Positions 24,798-32,861 of a DNA stretch of 34,282 nt are shown piece after piece. The DNA is from an uncultured Oscillospiraceae bacterium (lineage in GTDB: Bacteria; Bacillota; Clostridia; Christensenellales; CAG-138): positions 1 to 34,282 of the forward strand of contig CAYUUB010000001.1 in NCBI GenBank assembly GCA_964447725.1. The letters are read 5' to 3'. Made by a program: the position numbers and the translations under genes. Positions within the stretch are counted from its first letter, which is position 1. Every line of letters begins with the position of its first letter. The notes beneath the pieces were generated by a model. That model did no database searches, was not told the DNA's origin, and saw only the letters and a program-made list of their open reading frames with translations.

Positions 24798-25691
24798 ATG
24801 AAAAAGAGGAACGATAACAAACGCGCATACCTATACAGCGGCCTTTCGCTGCTGCTGATCTTCGTCGTGGTCGTATTCCCGATTCTATACACCGCCTATA
24901 TTTCGCTGACCAATATGAACCTCTACCACTGGTTCGATTTCGATTTCATCGGCCTGGAGAATTACAGAAAGGCGCTGCTGGTGCTGGACTCCGGGTTTCT
25001 CGCGGCGCTTTTGAGGACGGTGCTGTGGACGGTCGTGAACATGGTCATCCAGCTCGCGCTCGCCTTCATGCTGGCTTCGCTGCTGAATTCGCCGAACCTG
25101 AAGGGCAAGGGAATCTATAAAACGATCCTGATGTTCCCCTGGGCGATGCCCGGCTATGTTTCGATCCTGCTGTGGAAAACCGGCATGTTCAATTCAACGT
25201 TCGGCCTGCTGAATCAGTGGATGGAGCGGCTCGGGCTTAATATGGTCCGCTGGCTTGCGGGCGACGTTTCCGCGTTTATCTGCTGCACGGTGGTCAACCT
25301 CTGGCTTGCGCTGCCGTTTATGATCATGATTATCGACGGCGCGTTGCAGAGCGTCGACCGGAGCCTGTATGAAACGGCGCAGATCTGCGGCGCGAACCGC
25401 CTGCAGAAAACGACGATGATCACCATCCCGCTCATCAAGCCGGTGATCGGCCCGGCGGTCGTGATTACGGTTTTCACGACGTTCAAGCAGTTCGACGTGG
25501 TATACCTTCTGACGCAGCAGGCGGGCTCGCCGAGCGGCGCGAATATCCATACGATTTTGACATACGCGTATGAAAACGCGTTTATCACGAGCAACTATGG
25601 CTACAGTTCCGCGATTTCCATCATCATATTCCTTTTGATGATTGCGTTTACCGTCCTGACCAACAAGCAGATGCGGAGGAAACGCGTATGA
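24798..25691 (+). CDS. Sugar ABC transporter permease (MalF-like)
   Basis: ATG 24798 is preferred because the ORF-track start 24642 lies inside the upstream CDS. The protein has multiple TM segments and an EAA-loop-like DRSLYETAQICGANRLQKTTMITIPLIKP. Confidence 0.85.
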   Translation: MKKRNDNKRAYLYSGLSLLLIFVVVVFPILYTAYISLTNMNLYHWFDFDFIGLENYRKALLVLDSGFLAALLRTVLWTVVNMVIQLALAFMLASLLNSPNLKGKGIYKTILMFPWAMPGYVSILLWKTGMFNSTFGLLNQWMERLGLNMVRWLAGDVSAFICCTVVNLWLALPFMIMIIDGALQSVDRSLYETAQICGANRLQKTTMITIPLIKPVIGPAVVITVFTTFKQFDVVYLLTQQAGSPSGANIHTILTYAYENAFITSNYGYSSAISIIIFLLMIAFTVLTNKQMRRKRV

Positions 25692-26548
25692 GCATGAGCC
25701 AAAAGCAAAAAAGGAAGGCGCTTACCTGCGCAAAAAAGATATCGCTGCATACGTTTTTCGTCATCTTCTGTTTTATCACGATGATTCCGATCCTGTATGC
25801 GTTGTCGGTTTCGTTCAATGCGAACAACAGCCTGCTTTCGTCCGATTTTTCGTTTTTGCCGAAGGCGTTCACGCTGGCGAACTACAAGGCGGTGTTCACG
25901 GAGGAAGCCGTGCTGCTGTGGTTCAAAAACAGCGTGATCCTTGCGGTTTGCACGGTGGCGATCGCGCTCGGCGTCTCCATCCCCGCGGCGTATGCGTTTT
26001 CGCGGATGCGCTTTACGGGGAGGCGGCCGCTATTGAACATGCTGATCCTGCTAAACGCGTTTCCGTCGCTGCTGTCCATGTTCGCCATCTACAAGCTTAT
26101 GAATCCGCTGGGCCTGATCAACACCCGGCTCGGCCTGATCATCGTCTATACCGGGACGATGGCGGTGTTCGGGCTCTGGAACATGAAAGGCTATTTCGAC
26201 ACCATTCCGTACGACATAGAGGAGGCGGCGCGCATCGACGGCGCGAACGAACTCCAGATCGTCCGGCGAATCGTGCTGCCGCTGGCAAAGCCGTCCATCG
26301 TCGTGACCGCGGTGATGGTGCTGATCTATGTTTGGAACGAGTATATCTATGCCATCACGTTTTTGACCGGCGCGGACAAATACACGCTCGCGGCGGGCCT
26401 GTATTCACTCCAGGCGGGCGAGATGTCCGGGAGCTGGCCGGTGTTTGCGGCGGCTTCGCTGGTGATCTCGCTGCCGGTGCTGCTCATTTTCCTGTATGTG
26501 CAAAAGCACATGGTGTCCGGCCTGACCGCGGGCGGCGTAAAAGGATGA
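25688..26548 (+). CDS. Sugar ABC transporter permease (MalG-like)
   Basis: ATGA start/stop overlap with the upstream permease gene. EAA loop: IEEAARIDGANELQIVRRIVLPLAKP. Confidence 0.85.
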   Translation: MSMSQKQKRKALTCAKKISLHTFFVIFCFITMIPILYALSVSFNANNSLLSSDFSFLPKAFTLANYKAVFTEEAVLLWFKNSVILAVCTVAIALGVSIPAAYAFSRMRFTGRRPLLNMLILLNAFPSLLSMFAIYKLMNPLGLINTRLGLIIVYTGTMAVFGLWNMKGYFDTIPYDIEEAARIDGANELQIVRRIVLPLAKPSIVVTAVMVLIYVWNEYIYAITFLTGADKYTLAAGLYSLQAGEMSGSWPVFAAASLVISLPVLLIFLYVQKHMVSGLTAGGVKG

Positions 26549-26589
26549 ACCGAAGAACCGATATTTAAAAGAAAGTTACGAAGAGCTAC

Positions 26590-28299
26590 ATGATAAAAGA
26601 AGCGATCCTGCATCAACCGATGTCCAACTTTGCGCATGGTGCCGACGAAAGCCGCATCGTGTTTCGCCTGCGTGCGGCAAAGGACGATCTCGTTTCCTGC
26701 CGCCTGTTTTACGGCGATACGGCGTGCCGCGTCAACCCGGTCGTGTTTTCGAGCGTCGACATGGAAAAAGCCGCGACCGGCGAACTGTTCGACTGGTTCG
26801 AGGTCACGCTGGCGAGTCCATACCGGCGTGTCTGCTATTACTTCGAGCTTTCGGACGGGAAGGAAACGACGCTGTATTACGGCGATCTGTTTTACGAGAC
26901 GGTTGCGGACGAACGCTCGGAGTTTTACAAGCTGCCCTATAACCGGCGCGAGGACATTGCGGACGTTCCGGCGTGGCTGAAAAACGCGGTGATCTACAAC
27001 ATCTTTCCGGACAGTTTCGCAACCGGCAGGCGATCGGTCAGCCGCGTCCCGACGCAGAAAGAATATGACGGATTTACCGTAAACGGTAAGCTCGGCGGAA
27101 CGATCAACGGCATAAAAGAAAACCTGGATTACATCGCGGGGCTTGGGGTCAACTGCATCTATCTGAATCCGATTTTCGTTGCGGGCGAATACCATAAATA
27201 CGACCTGCTGGACTATTATCATATCGACCCGTGCTTCGGCAGCGACGAAGACTTTCGCGTGCTGGTCGAAGCGTGTCACAAACGGAATATGCGCGTGATC
27301 ATCGACGGCGTGTTCAATCACTGCGGATGGAATTTTTTCGCATTCCGGGACGTGGTGGAAAACGGCGAACGTTCGAAATATGCGGATTGGTTTTATTCGC
27401 TCGAATTTCCCGTGGTCAAACCGGAAACGGGCGAGGAGATCCCGAATTACGAATGCTTTGCCTACGAGCGGCTCATGCCGAAGCTCAATACCGGCAACCC
27501 GGAAGTGCGGGCGTATTTTTTCGACGTCGGGGCATATTGGATACGGGAGTTCGGTATCGACGGCTGGCGGCTCGACGTGGCGGACGAGATCGACGTCGGC
27601 TTCTGGCAGGATTTCAGAAGAGCGGTGAAAACGGCCGATCCGGAAGCGGCGATCATCGGCGAGGTCTGGCAGAACGCGGCGTACTGGCTCGACGGCCGGA
27701 CGTTCGACTCCACGATGAACTACGATATGATGAAGCATTGCAAGCGCTTCTTTGGGATCGGCGACATCGACGCCGCGGCATTCGATTCCCGCGTGAGCGA
27801 TATGCGCATGCGGTATCGAAAGAACCTGACCTTCGGACAGCTGAACCTGCTGGACAGCCACGACGTGCCGCGATTTTTGTCGCGTTGCGGCGGCGACGAA
27901 CGCAGGTATCGCCTTGCCGTCCTGTTTATGATGACGTTCATGGGCGCCCCGTCCGTGTTTTACGGGGACGAGCAGGGGATTTCCGGTGTGCTGGAGAACG
28001 ATTACCGCGCGCCGATGCGGTTTGAGGAAACGGGCCTGACGGCGTTTTTCCGGCGGGCGATTGCACTGCGAAACGCCTTTTCCTGCCTGCGGACGGGCGG
28101 GTTCCGTACGATCCTTGCGTCCGGCGGGCTCTATATTTTTGAGCGGTACGACGATGAAAGCCGCGTCGCGGTCGTGCTCAACGCGCAGCAAAAAGCGGCG
28201 GACTTATCGGACAGGGCGCTTGCCGGAGAGCCGCTTTTGTCGGAAGGGCTCGACGGCCAAACGCTTGCGCCGTTCGGGTATTTGATTGTCAAACGCTGA
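26590..28299 (+). CDS. Intracellular GH13 alpha-glucosidase-family enzyme, neopullulanase / cyclomaltodextrinase / maltogenic amylase type
   Basis: GH13 conserved regions are VIIDGVFNH, DGWRLDVADE, IIGEVW and NLLDSHD. There is a ~120-aa N-terminal domain as in neopullulanase-type enzymes, and no signal peptide. Confidence 0.85.
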   Translation: MIKEAILHQPMSNFAHGADESRIVFRLRAAKDDLVSCRLFYGDTACRVNPVVFSSVDMEKAATGELFDWFEVTLASPYRRVCYYFELSDGKETTLYYGDLFYETVADERSEFYKLPYNRREDIADVPAWLKNAVIYNIFPDSFATGRRSVSRVPTQKEYDGFTVNGKLGGTINGIKENLDYIAGLGVNCIYLNPIFVAGEYHKYDLLDYYHIDPCFGSDEDFRVLVEACHKRNMRVIIDGVFNHCGWNFFAFRDVVENGERSKYADWFYSLEFPVVKPETGEEIPNYECFAYERLMPKLNTGNPEVRAYFFDVGAYWIREFGIDGWRLDVADEIDVGFWQDFRRAVKTADPEAAIIGEVWQNAAYWLDGRTFDSTMNYDMMKHCKRFFGIGDIDAAAFDSRVSDMRMRYRKNLTFGQLNLLDSHDVPRFLSRCGGDERRYRLAVLFMMTFMGAPSVFYGDEQGISGVLENDYRAPMRFEETGLTAFFRRAIALRNAFSCLRTGGFRTILASGGLYIFERYDDESRVAVVLNAQQKAADLSDRALAGEPLLSEGLDGQTLAPFGYLIVKR

Positions 28300-28314
28300 G
28301 CGGGCCGGTATAAT
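28286..28314 (+). promoter_or_regulatory. Sigma-A-type promoter candidate for the LacI-family gene
   Basis: TTGTCA (28286-28291), 17-nt spacer, TATAAT (28309-28314), about 44 nt upstream of ATG 28358. Confidence 0.55.
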
Positions 28315-28357
28315 AAATTTACGAAACATCGGGAAACCGTTTTAGGAGGCGCTGGCG

Positions 28358-29371
28358 ATGGCGGCAACGATCAAAGACGTGGCGAAACTGGCGAACACCT
28401 CCACCGCGACGGTTTCAAAAGTCATCAACGGGTCGTATTCCATTTCGGAAGCGACGGCGGGACGCGTCCGCGCCGCGATGCGGGAACTGAAGTATACGCC
28501 GAACCGGCGCGCGCAGAGCTTTGCCAGGCAGGCGTCCGGAAGCGTCGCGTTTGTAACTACGTTGGAACGCGACGTCGCGTTCCAGAACCCGCACATGTTT
28601 GAAATCATGTCCGGCTTGCAGCATGCGCTTGCGCGCAAGGGTTACAGCCTGGTCGTCATCGACATGGCGGAAGGTAACTGTGCGGCGGTCGAAGAACTCA
28701 TGCTGCAAAAAAGCGTGGACGGGATCGCCTTCCATGCGGCGATCGTGACGCGCGAGCTGTCCCAGCTCGTTTTGAAATATGAATTCCCGCATGTCGTTGT
28801 CGGCATGCCGAATTTTCCATCCAAACTGTGCTGGGTCGACAACAACAATCCGCTTTCGGGCGAGCTGGCCGCGCTGCACCTGCTGGAAACGGGCAAGCGG
28901 CTGATTGCGTACGTCGGCGGCAGGGAGATGGACGCAATATCGGAGGCGCGGCTCAAAGGCGCAAAGCTTGCAATGCAGGAAGCGAGGCTGAAATTTCGCG
29001 ACGATCTCGTCGTGCGGGGCGAGTCCACGATTGCGGACGGATTCGACATGACGCAGAGGCTGCTTGCCGGGCAGACGAAGCCGGATGCAATCGTCTGCGC
29101 CAACAACCGGCTCGCGTTGGGCTGCATCAACGCGCTTCACGCGCGGAAAGTCGCCATACCGGAAGAGATTGCCGTCGTAACGTTCGACGATTATCCGTTT
29201 TCGCGAATCACCGACCCGCCGCTGACCGTCGTCAATATCGATGTGTACGATCTCGGCATGCAGGCGGGGAAGATGATCATCGACAAGATCAAAAAACCGA
29301 ATCTCCAGTTTCAAACGTATATCACCCTGCCGAAACTCATCATACGCGAATCGACGATGAGACGAAAATAA
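28358..29371 (+). CDS. LacI/GalR-family transcriptional regulator
   Basis: SD AGGAGG. The N-terminal HTH TIKDVAKLANTSTATVSKVINGS is followed by a periplasmic-binding-protein-like core of ~270 aa. Confidence 0.9.
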   Translation: MAATIKDVAKLANTSTATVSKVINGSYSISEATAGRVRAAMRELKYTPNRRAQSFARQASGSVAFVTTLERDVAFQNPHMFEIMSGLQHALARKGYSLVVIDMAEGNCAAVEELMLQKSVDGIAFHAAIVTRELSQLVLKYEFPHVVVGMPNFPSKLCWVDNNNPLSGELAALHLLETGKRLIAYVGGREMDAISEARLKGAKLAMQEARLKFRDDLVVRGESTIADGFDMTQRLLAGQTKPDAIVCANNRLALGCINALHARKVAIPEEIAVVTFDDYPFSRITDPPLTVVNIDVYDLGMQAGKMIIDKIKKPNLQFQTYITLPKLIIRESTMRRK

Positions 29372-29376
29372 GCACT

Positions 29377-29407
29377 GAAAAGCACGGGAATTTACCGTGC
29401 TTTTTTT
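29377..29407 (+). terminator. Rho-independent terminator after the LacI-family gene
   Basis: AAAAGCACGG-gaattta-CCGTGCTTTTTTT: 7-bp GC-containing stem (29381-29387 / 29395-29401) plus a 7-nt T-run. Confidence 0.8.
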
Positions 29408-29647
29408 GCACCACGCCGCTTGCGCCCGCGAGGGCGCTGCCCCGATAAAATGCCGAGGCGCGCGGACCCGATTTGCAGACGCGGTGTTTCGCTTTTCAAT
29501 AAATGTCGCTATAATACAAATATTGTCATTCTCATCAATTTGTTTCGCCTGAAATCCCGCGTAGAATCGAAGTACAGCAAGGCGGCTGAAATACAAAAGC
29601 CGCGCGCGCATTTCAACGAAACAAATCTATCGAGGAGGGAACACAGT

Positions 29648-30940
29648 ATGTCATTGAAAAAGCTTATTGCGATACTTGCAGCGTTGCTGCTGGCTGTCGG
29701 CTGCCTGTCCGCCTGCGGTGGCACGTCCACGGAAGCGGAAGCGACGGACGAGCCGGAAGCACAGCAGGAAGAAGCCGTTGCAACCGAACCGGAAGAAACC
29801 GCGGAACCCGTTACGCTGACGTTCTGGAATACGTATGGCGACACGGAAGAAGCGCAGTTTGAGGACGTCGTTTTGCCCATGTGGAACGAGCTGCATCCGG
29901 AAATCACGATCGAAGTCGTCCGCCAGGACAGCAGCCAGTACCATGAGATGATCGTGACGTCGTTCGGCACCGGCCAGAGCCCGGACGTCGCGCGCATCGA
30001 CATCGTCAACACCGCCGCGTATGCCGCGCAGGGCGGGCTGGTCGCGCTGAGCGACTACGACGATTTTGCAACCGTTGCGGACAACTATCTCGAAGGGCCG
30101 CTCTCGACGAACCTGTATCAGGGCAGTTATTACGGCCTGCCGCTGGACACCAACTGTAAGGCCGCCGTCATTAACACAACGATCATGGCGGAGCTCGGCA
30201 TCGACGGCGCGCCCGCCACCATGGAGGAGTTCATCGCCGCCGCGGAAGGCCGCGGGACCTATTCGCTGAACGTCTCCGGCGTCGGCGACTGGGACCTGTA
30301 TCCGTATTTCTGGCTGTTCGGCGGCACGCTCACGGACGACGGGTTCACGGTGGCGTCCGGTTACCTTGACAGCGCGGCGAGCGTCCAGGCGATCCAGACC
30401 ATGCTCGATTTGCACGCCGACAAGGTTTTCACCATTCGCGACGTGGACGGCACGGTCGACGCCTGGGACGGCATCAACAGCGAATACGCCATGTTCTTCG
30501 AAGGTCCGTGGTACTTCGGGTCCTATGACGACAGCCTTGCAAGCGGCATCATCGCCGCGACGATCCCGACCTATGAAGGACGCAGCGCGTCCGTTGTCGG
30601 CGGGGAAAACATCGCGGTGTTCTCCACGGGCGATCATCCCGACGAAGCGTACGAATTCGCGAAGTTTATGACCAGCGAAGAAGTACAGCTCGCAATGCTC
30701 GAAACCGGCCAGCTCCCGGTGCTCAAGTCGCTGGTCGATAACGAAACCGTGCTCGACAACCCCGTGTGGTCCGTCTACATGGAGCAGCTTGAGTCCGCGT
30801 CCGCGCGCATCCCGTCGCCCAACAACTCGCAGATTCAGCAGGTGTGGAGCGACGCAATGACGGATATTTTCGTTAACGGAACCGACGTACAGGCGACGCT
30901 GACCGCCGCCGCGCAGCAGATCGACGCGCTGCTCGGATAA
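29648..30940 (+). CDS. Sugar ABC transporter substrate-binding lipoprotein (family 1 SBP)
   Basis: ATG 29648 with GAGGAGGG 8 nt upstream is preferred over 29420. Lipobox LLAVGCLSAC, an acidic linker, then SBP-like TLTFWNTYGD. Confidence 0.8.
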   Translation: MSLKKLIAILAALLLAVGCLSACGGTSTEAEATDEPEAQQEEAVATEPEETAEPVTLTFWNTYGDTEEAQFEDVVLPMWNELHPEITIEVVRQDSSQYHEMIVTSFGTGQSPDVARIDIVNTAAYAAQGGLVALSDYDDFATVADNYLEGPLSTNLYQGSYYGLPLDTNCKAAVINTTIMAELGIDGAPATMEEFIAAAEGRGTYSLNVSGVGDWDLYPYFWLFGGTLTDDGFTVASGYLDSAASVQAIQTMLDLHADKVFTIRDVDGTVDAWDGINSEYAMFFEGPWYFGSYDDSLASGIIAATIPTYEGRSASVVGGENIAVFSTGDHPDEAYEFAKFMTSEEVQLAMLETGQLPVLKSLVDNETVLDNPVWSVYMEQLESASARIPSPNNSQIQQVWSDAMTDIFVNGTDVQATLTAAAQQIDALLG

Positions 30941-30957
30941 ACGAAACGGTATCGTCC

Positions 30958-30995
30958 GCTTGCGCCGCAAAGCCGCGCGGCTTTGCGGCGCAAGC
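30958..30995 (+). other. Perfect 38-nt palindrome (hairpin) between the SBP and permease genes
   Basis: GCTTGCGCCGCAAAGCCGC|GCGGCTTTGCGGCGCAAGC is an exact reverse complement across the centre. No U-tract follows. Confidence 0.7.
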
Positions 30996-31043
30996 GCGGA
31001 AGGTCGGCCGAAATACGGTTTCGGAGGTAAAGGAGAGGCAATC

Positions 31044-31976
31044 GTGAAGGCGTGTACGAAACGAAAATGGAAGAAAGGCGCCAAGGGGTGGCTTGCGGCG
31101 CTGCCGTTTATCCTGCCCGGGCTGATCCTCGTCGTGCTGTTCGTTCTGTACCCGATGATCTTCACCATCCGTATTTCGCTTTCCGAATATAAGATCGTGC
31201 AGGGTCAGATCAACTTCGTCGGGCTTGACAACTATATCAGCGTGCTGACCGATCCGAGCGGACGGTTCTGGTATGCCTACCGCAACAACTTCCTCTACGC
31301 GCTGTTTACGGTGCCGTTCATTATCTTCGGGGGCATGATCTTTGCGTACCTGATCAACAACCTCAAGCGCGGCAAAACGATCTTCAAGGTTGGCTTCTAT
31401 CTGCCCGTCATCACGTCCTGGGTTATCGTGAGCCTCGTGTTCACCTATATGTTCAATAATTCGGACCGCGGGCTGATCAACTATGTCCTTGTGGATAAAC
31501 TGCACCTGCTGGACGATTACGTGCCGTGGCTGCTGCGCGAATGGTCGGGCAACGCGGCGATCTGGCTCATGGGTATCTGGAAAAACGTCGGCTGGGCGAT
31601 GCTGATCTTCCTTGCGGCGCTTCAGAGCATTCCGCGCGATTTGTACGAGGCGGCGTCGCTGGACGGCGCGGGCGTCTGGGGTCGATTCCGGCATATTACG
31701 ATCGCATGCCTCAAGCCCACGACGTATTACATTCTGGTCAACATGATTATCGGTTCGTTCAACGTGTTTATTCAGGTTTTGATGCTCACGCAGGGCAACC
31801 CGAACGGGCGCACCTCCGTTTTGCAATACCTGCTTTACGACAAGGCGTTTAACCAGTTCCAGTTCGGCGAGGCGTCCGCGATCGGTCTGATCTCCGCCGT
31901 GACCATCGTCGTCTTAACGGTCGTGCTCAACAGGCTTTTAAAGCTCGACACCGTGGAGAAAGGCGGTGTCGATTGA
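31044..31976 (+). CDS. Sugar ABC transporter permease
   Basis: GTG 31044 with AGGAG 8 nt upstream is preferred, because the ORF-track start 30960 lies inside the palindrome. EAA loop: LYEAASLDGAGVWGRFRHITIACLKP. Confidence 0.8.
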   Translation: MKACTKRKWKKGAKGWLAALPFILPGLILVVLFVLYPMIFTIRISLSEYKIVQGQINFVGLDNYISVLTDPSGRFWYAYRNNFLYALFTVPFIIFGGMIFAYLINNLKRGKTIFKVGFYLPVITSWVIVSLVFTYMFNNSDRGLINYVLVDKLHLLDDYVPWLLREWSGNAAIWLMGIWKNVGWAMLIFLAALQSIPRDLYEAASLDGAGVWGRFRHITIACLKPTTYYILVNMIIGSFNVFIQVLMLTQGNPNGRTSVLQYLLYDKAFNQFQFGEASAIGLISAVTIVVLTVVLNRLLKLDTVEKGGVD

Positions 31977-32857
31977 TGAAGCGAAACCTGCGCGGCAAAA
32001 AAGCGGGCGAGGTCATAGCGCAGATGGTGATCTGGACGATCCTCGTGACGTCGCTTGTGATCTTTTCGGTGCCGTTTCTGTTTATGATCACAAATTCGTT
32101 CGAAGAGTTCAGCTACGTGCTGCCGTATCCGCCGAAGCTGTTCCCGACGCAGCTCGATTTTTCAGCATACCGTTATGTGCTTTCGTTGCCGCTGTTTCCG
32201 GTCGCGGTGAAAAACAGCGTGATCAACACGGCCATCACGGTCGCGCTTTCCGTATTTATTTCCACGCTGTCGGCGTATGGATTTGCGCGGATCGAGTTTC
32301 CTGGCAGGGAGACGCTCTTTAAGCTGTATCTGTTTACGTTGATGGTGCCGAGTTTTCTCAACATCATCCCGCAATTTATCATCCTCAAGGGGATACACCT
32401 GCCGTGGTCGGACGAAAACCTGATCGGCACGCGCGCGGGCCTGATTTTGGTCTATGTCGCCACCAACGTCTGCGGGCATACTTTTTTCCTGCGGAATTTC
32501 TTCCGCGGATTGCCGGACGCCCTGTCCGAATCGGTCATTGTGGACGGCGGCGGCCACGGGACGATCTTTTTCCGCGTGATGCTGCCGCTTTCCAAGCCGG
32601 CGATCGGCACGATGAGCATCTTTGCGCTGCAGGGGTTCTGGGAAGAATATTTCACCGCAAAAGTGCTTGTCGGCGCAAATGAGGACATGATCACATTGCC
32701 GCTGCTGCTGCAGCGGCTGCACGGTCAGTATTCCACGCGCTGGGAGTGGGTGTTCGCCGCTTCCATTCTGGCGCTGATACCGGTGATCGTCCTGTTTGTC
32801 GTCTTTCAACGAAAAATGGTAATTGGCGGGCTCACGCAGGGTTCCGTCAAGGAGTAA
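31973..32857 (+). CDS. Sugar ABC transporter permease
   Basis: 4-nt overlap with the upstream permease gene. EAA loop: LSESVIVDGGGHGTIFFRVMLPLSKP. Confidence 0.85.
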   Translation: MMKRNLRGKKAGEVIAQMVIWTILVTSLVIFSVPFLFMITNSFEEFSYVLPYPPKLFPTQLDFSAYRYVLSLPLFPVAVKNSVINTAITVALSVFISTLSAYGFARIEFPGRETLFKLYLFTLMVPSFLNIIPQFIILKGIHLPWSDENLIGTRAGLILVYVATNVCGHTFFLRNFFRGLPDALSESVIVDGGGHGTIFFRVMLPLSKPAIGTMSIFALQGFWEEYFTAKVLVGANEDMITLPLLLQRLHGQYSTRWEWVFAASILALIPVIVLFVVFQRKMVIGGLTQGSVKE

Positions 32858-32861
32858 CGAT

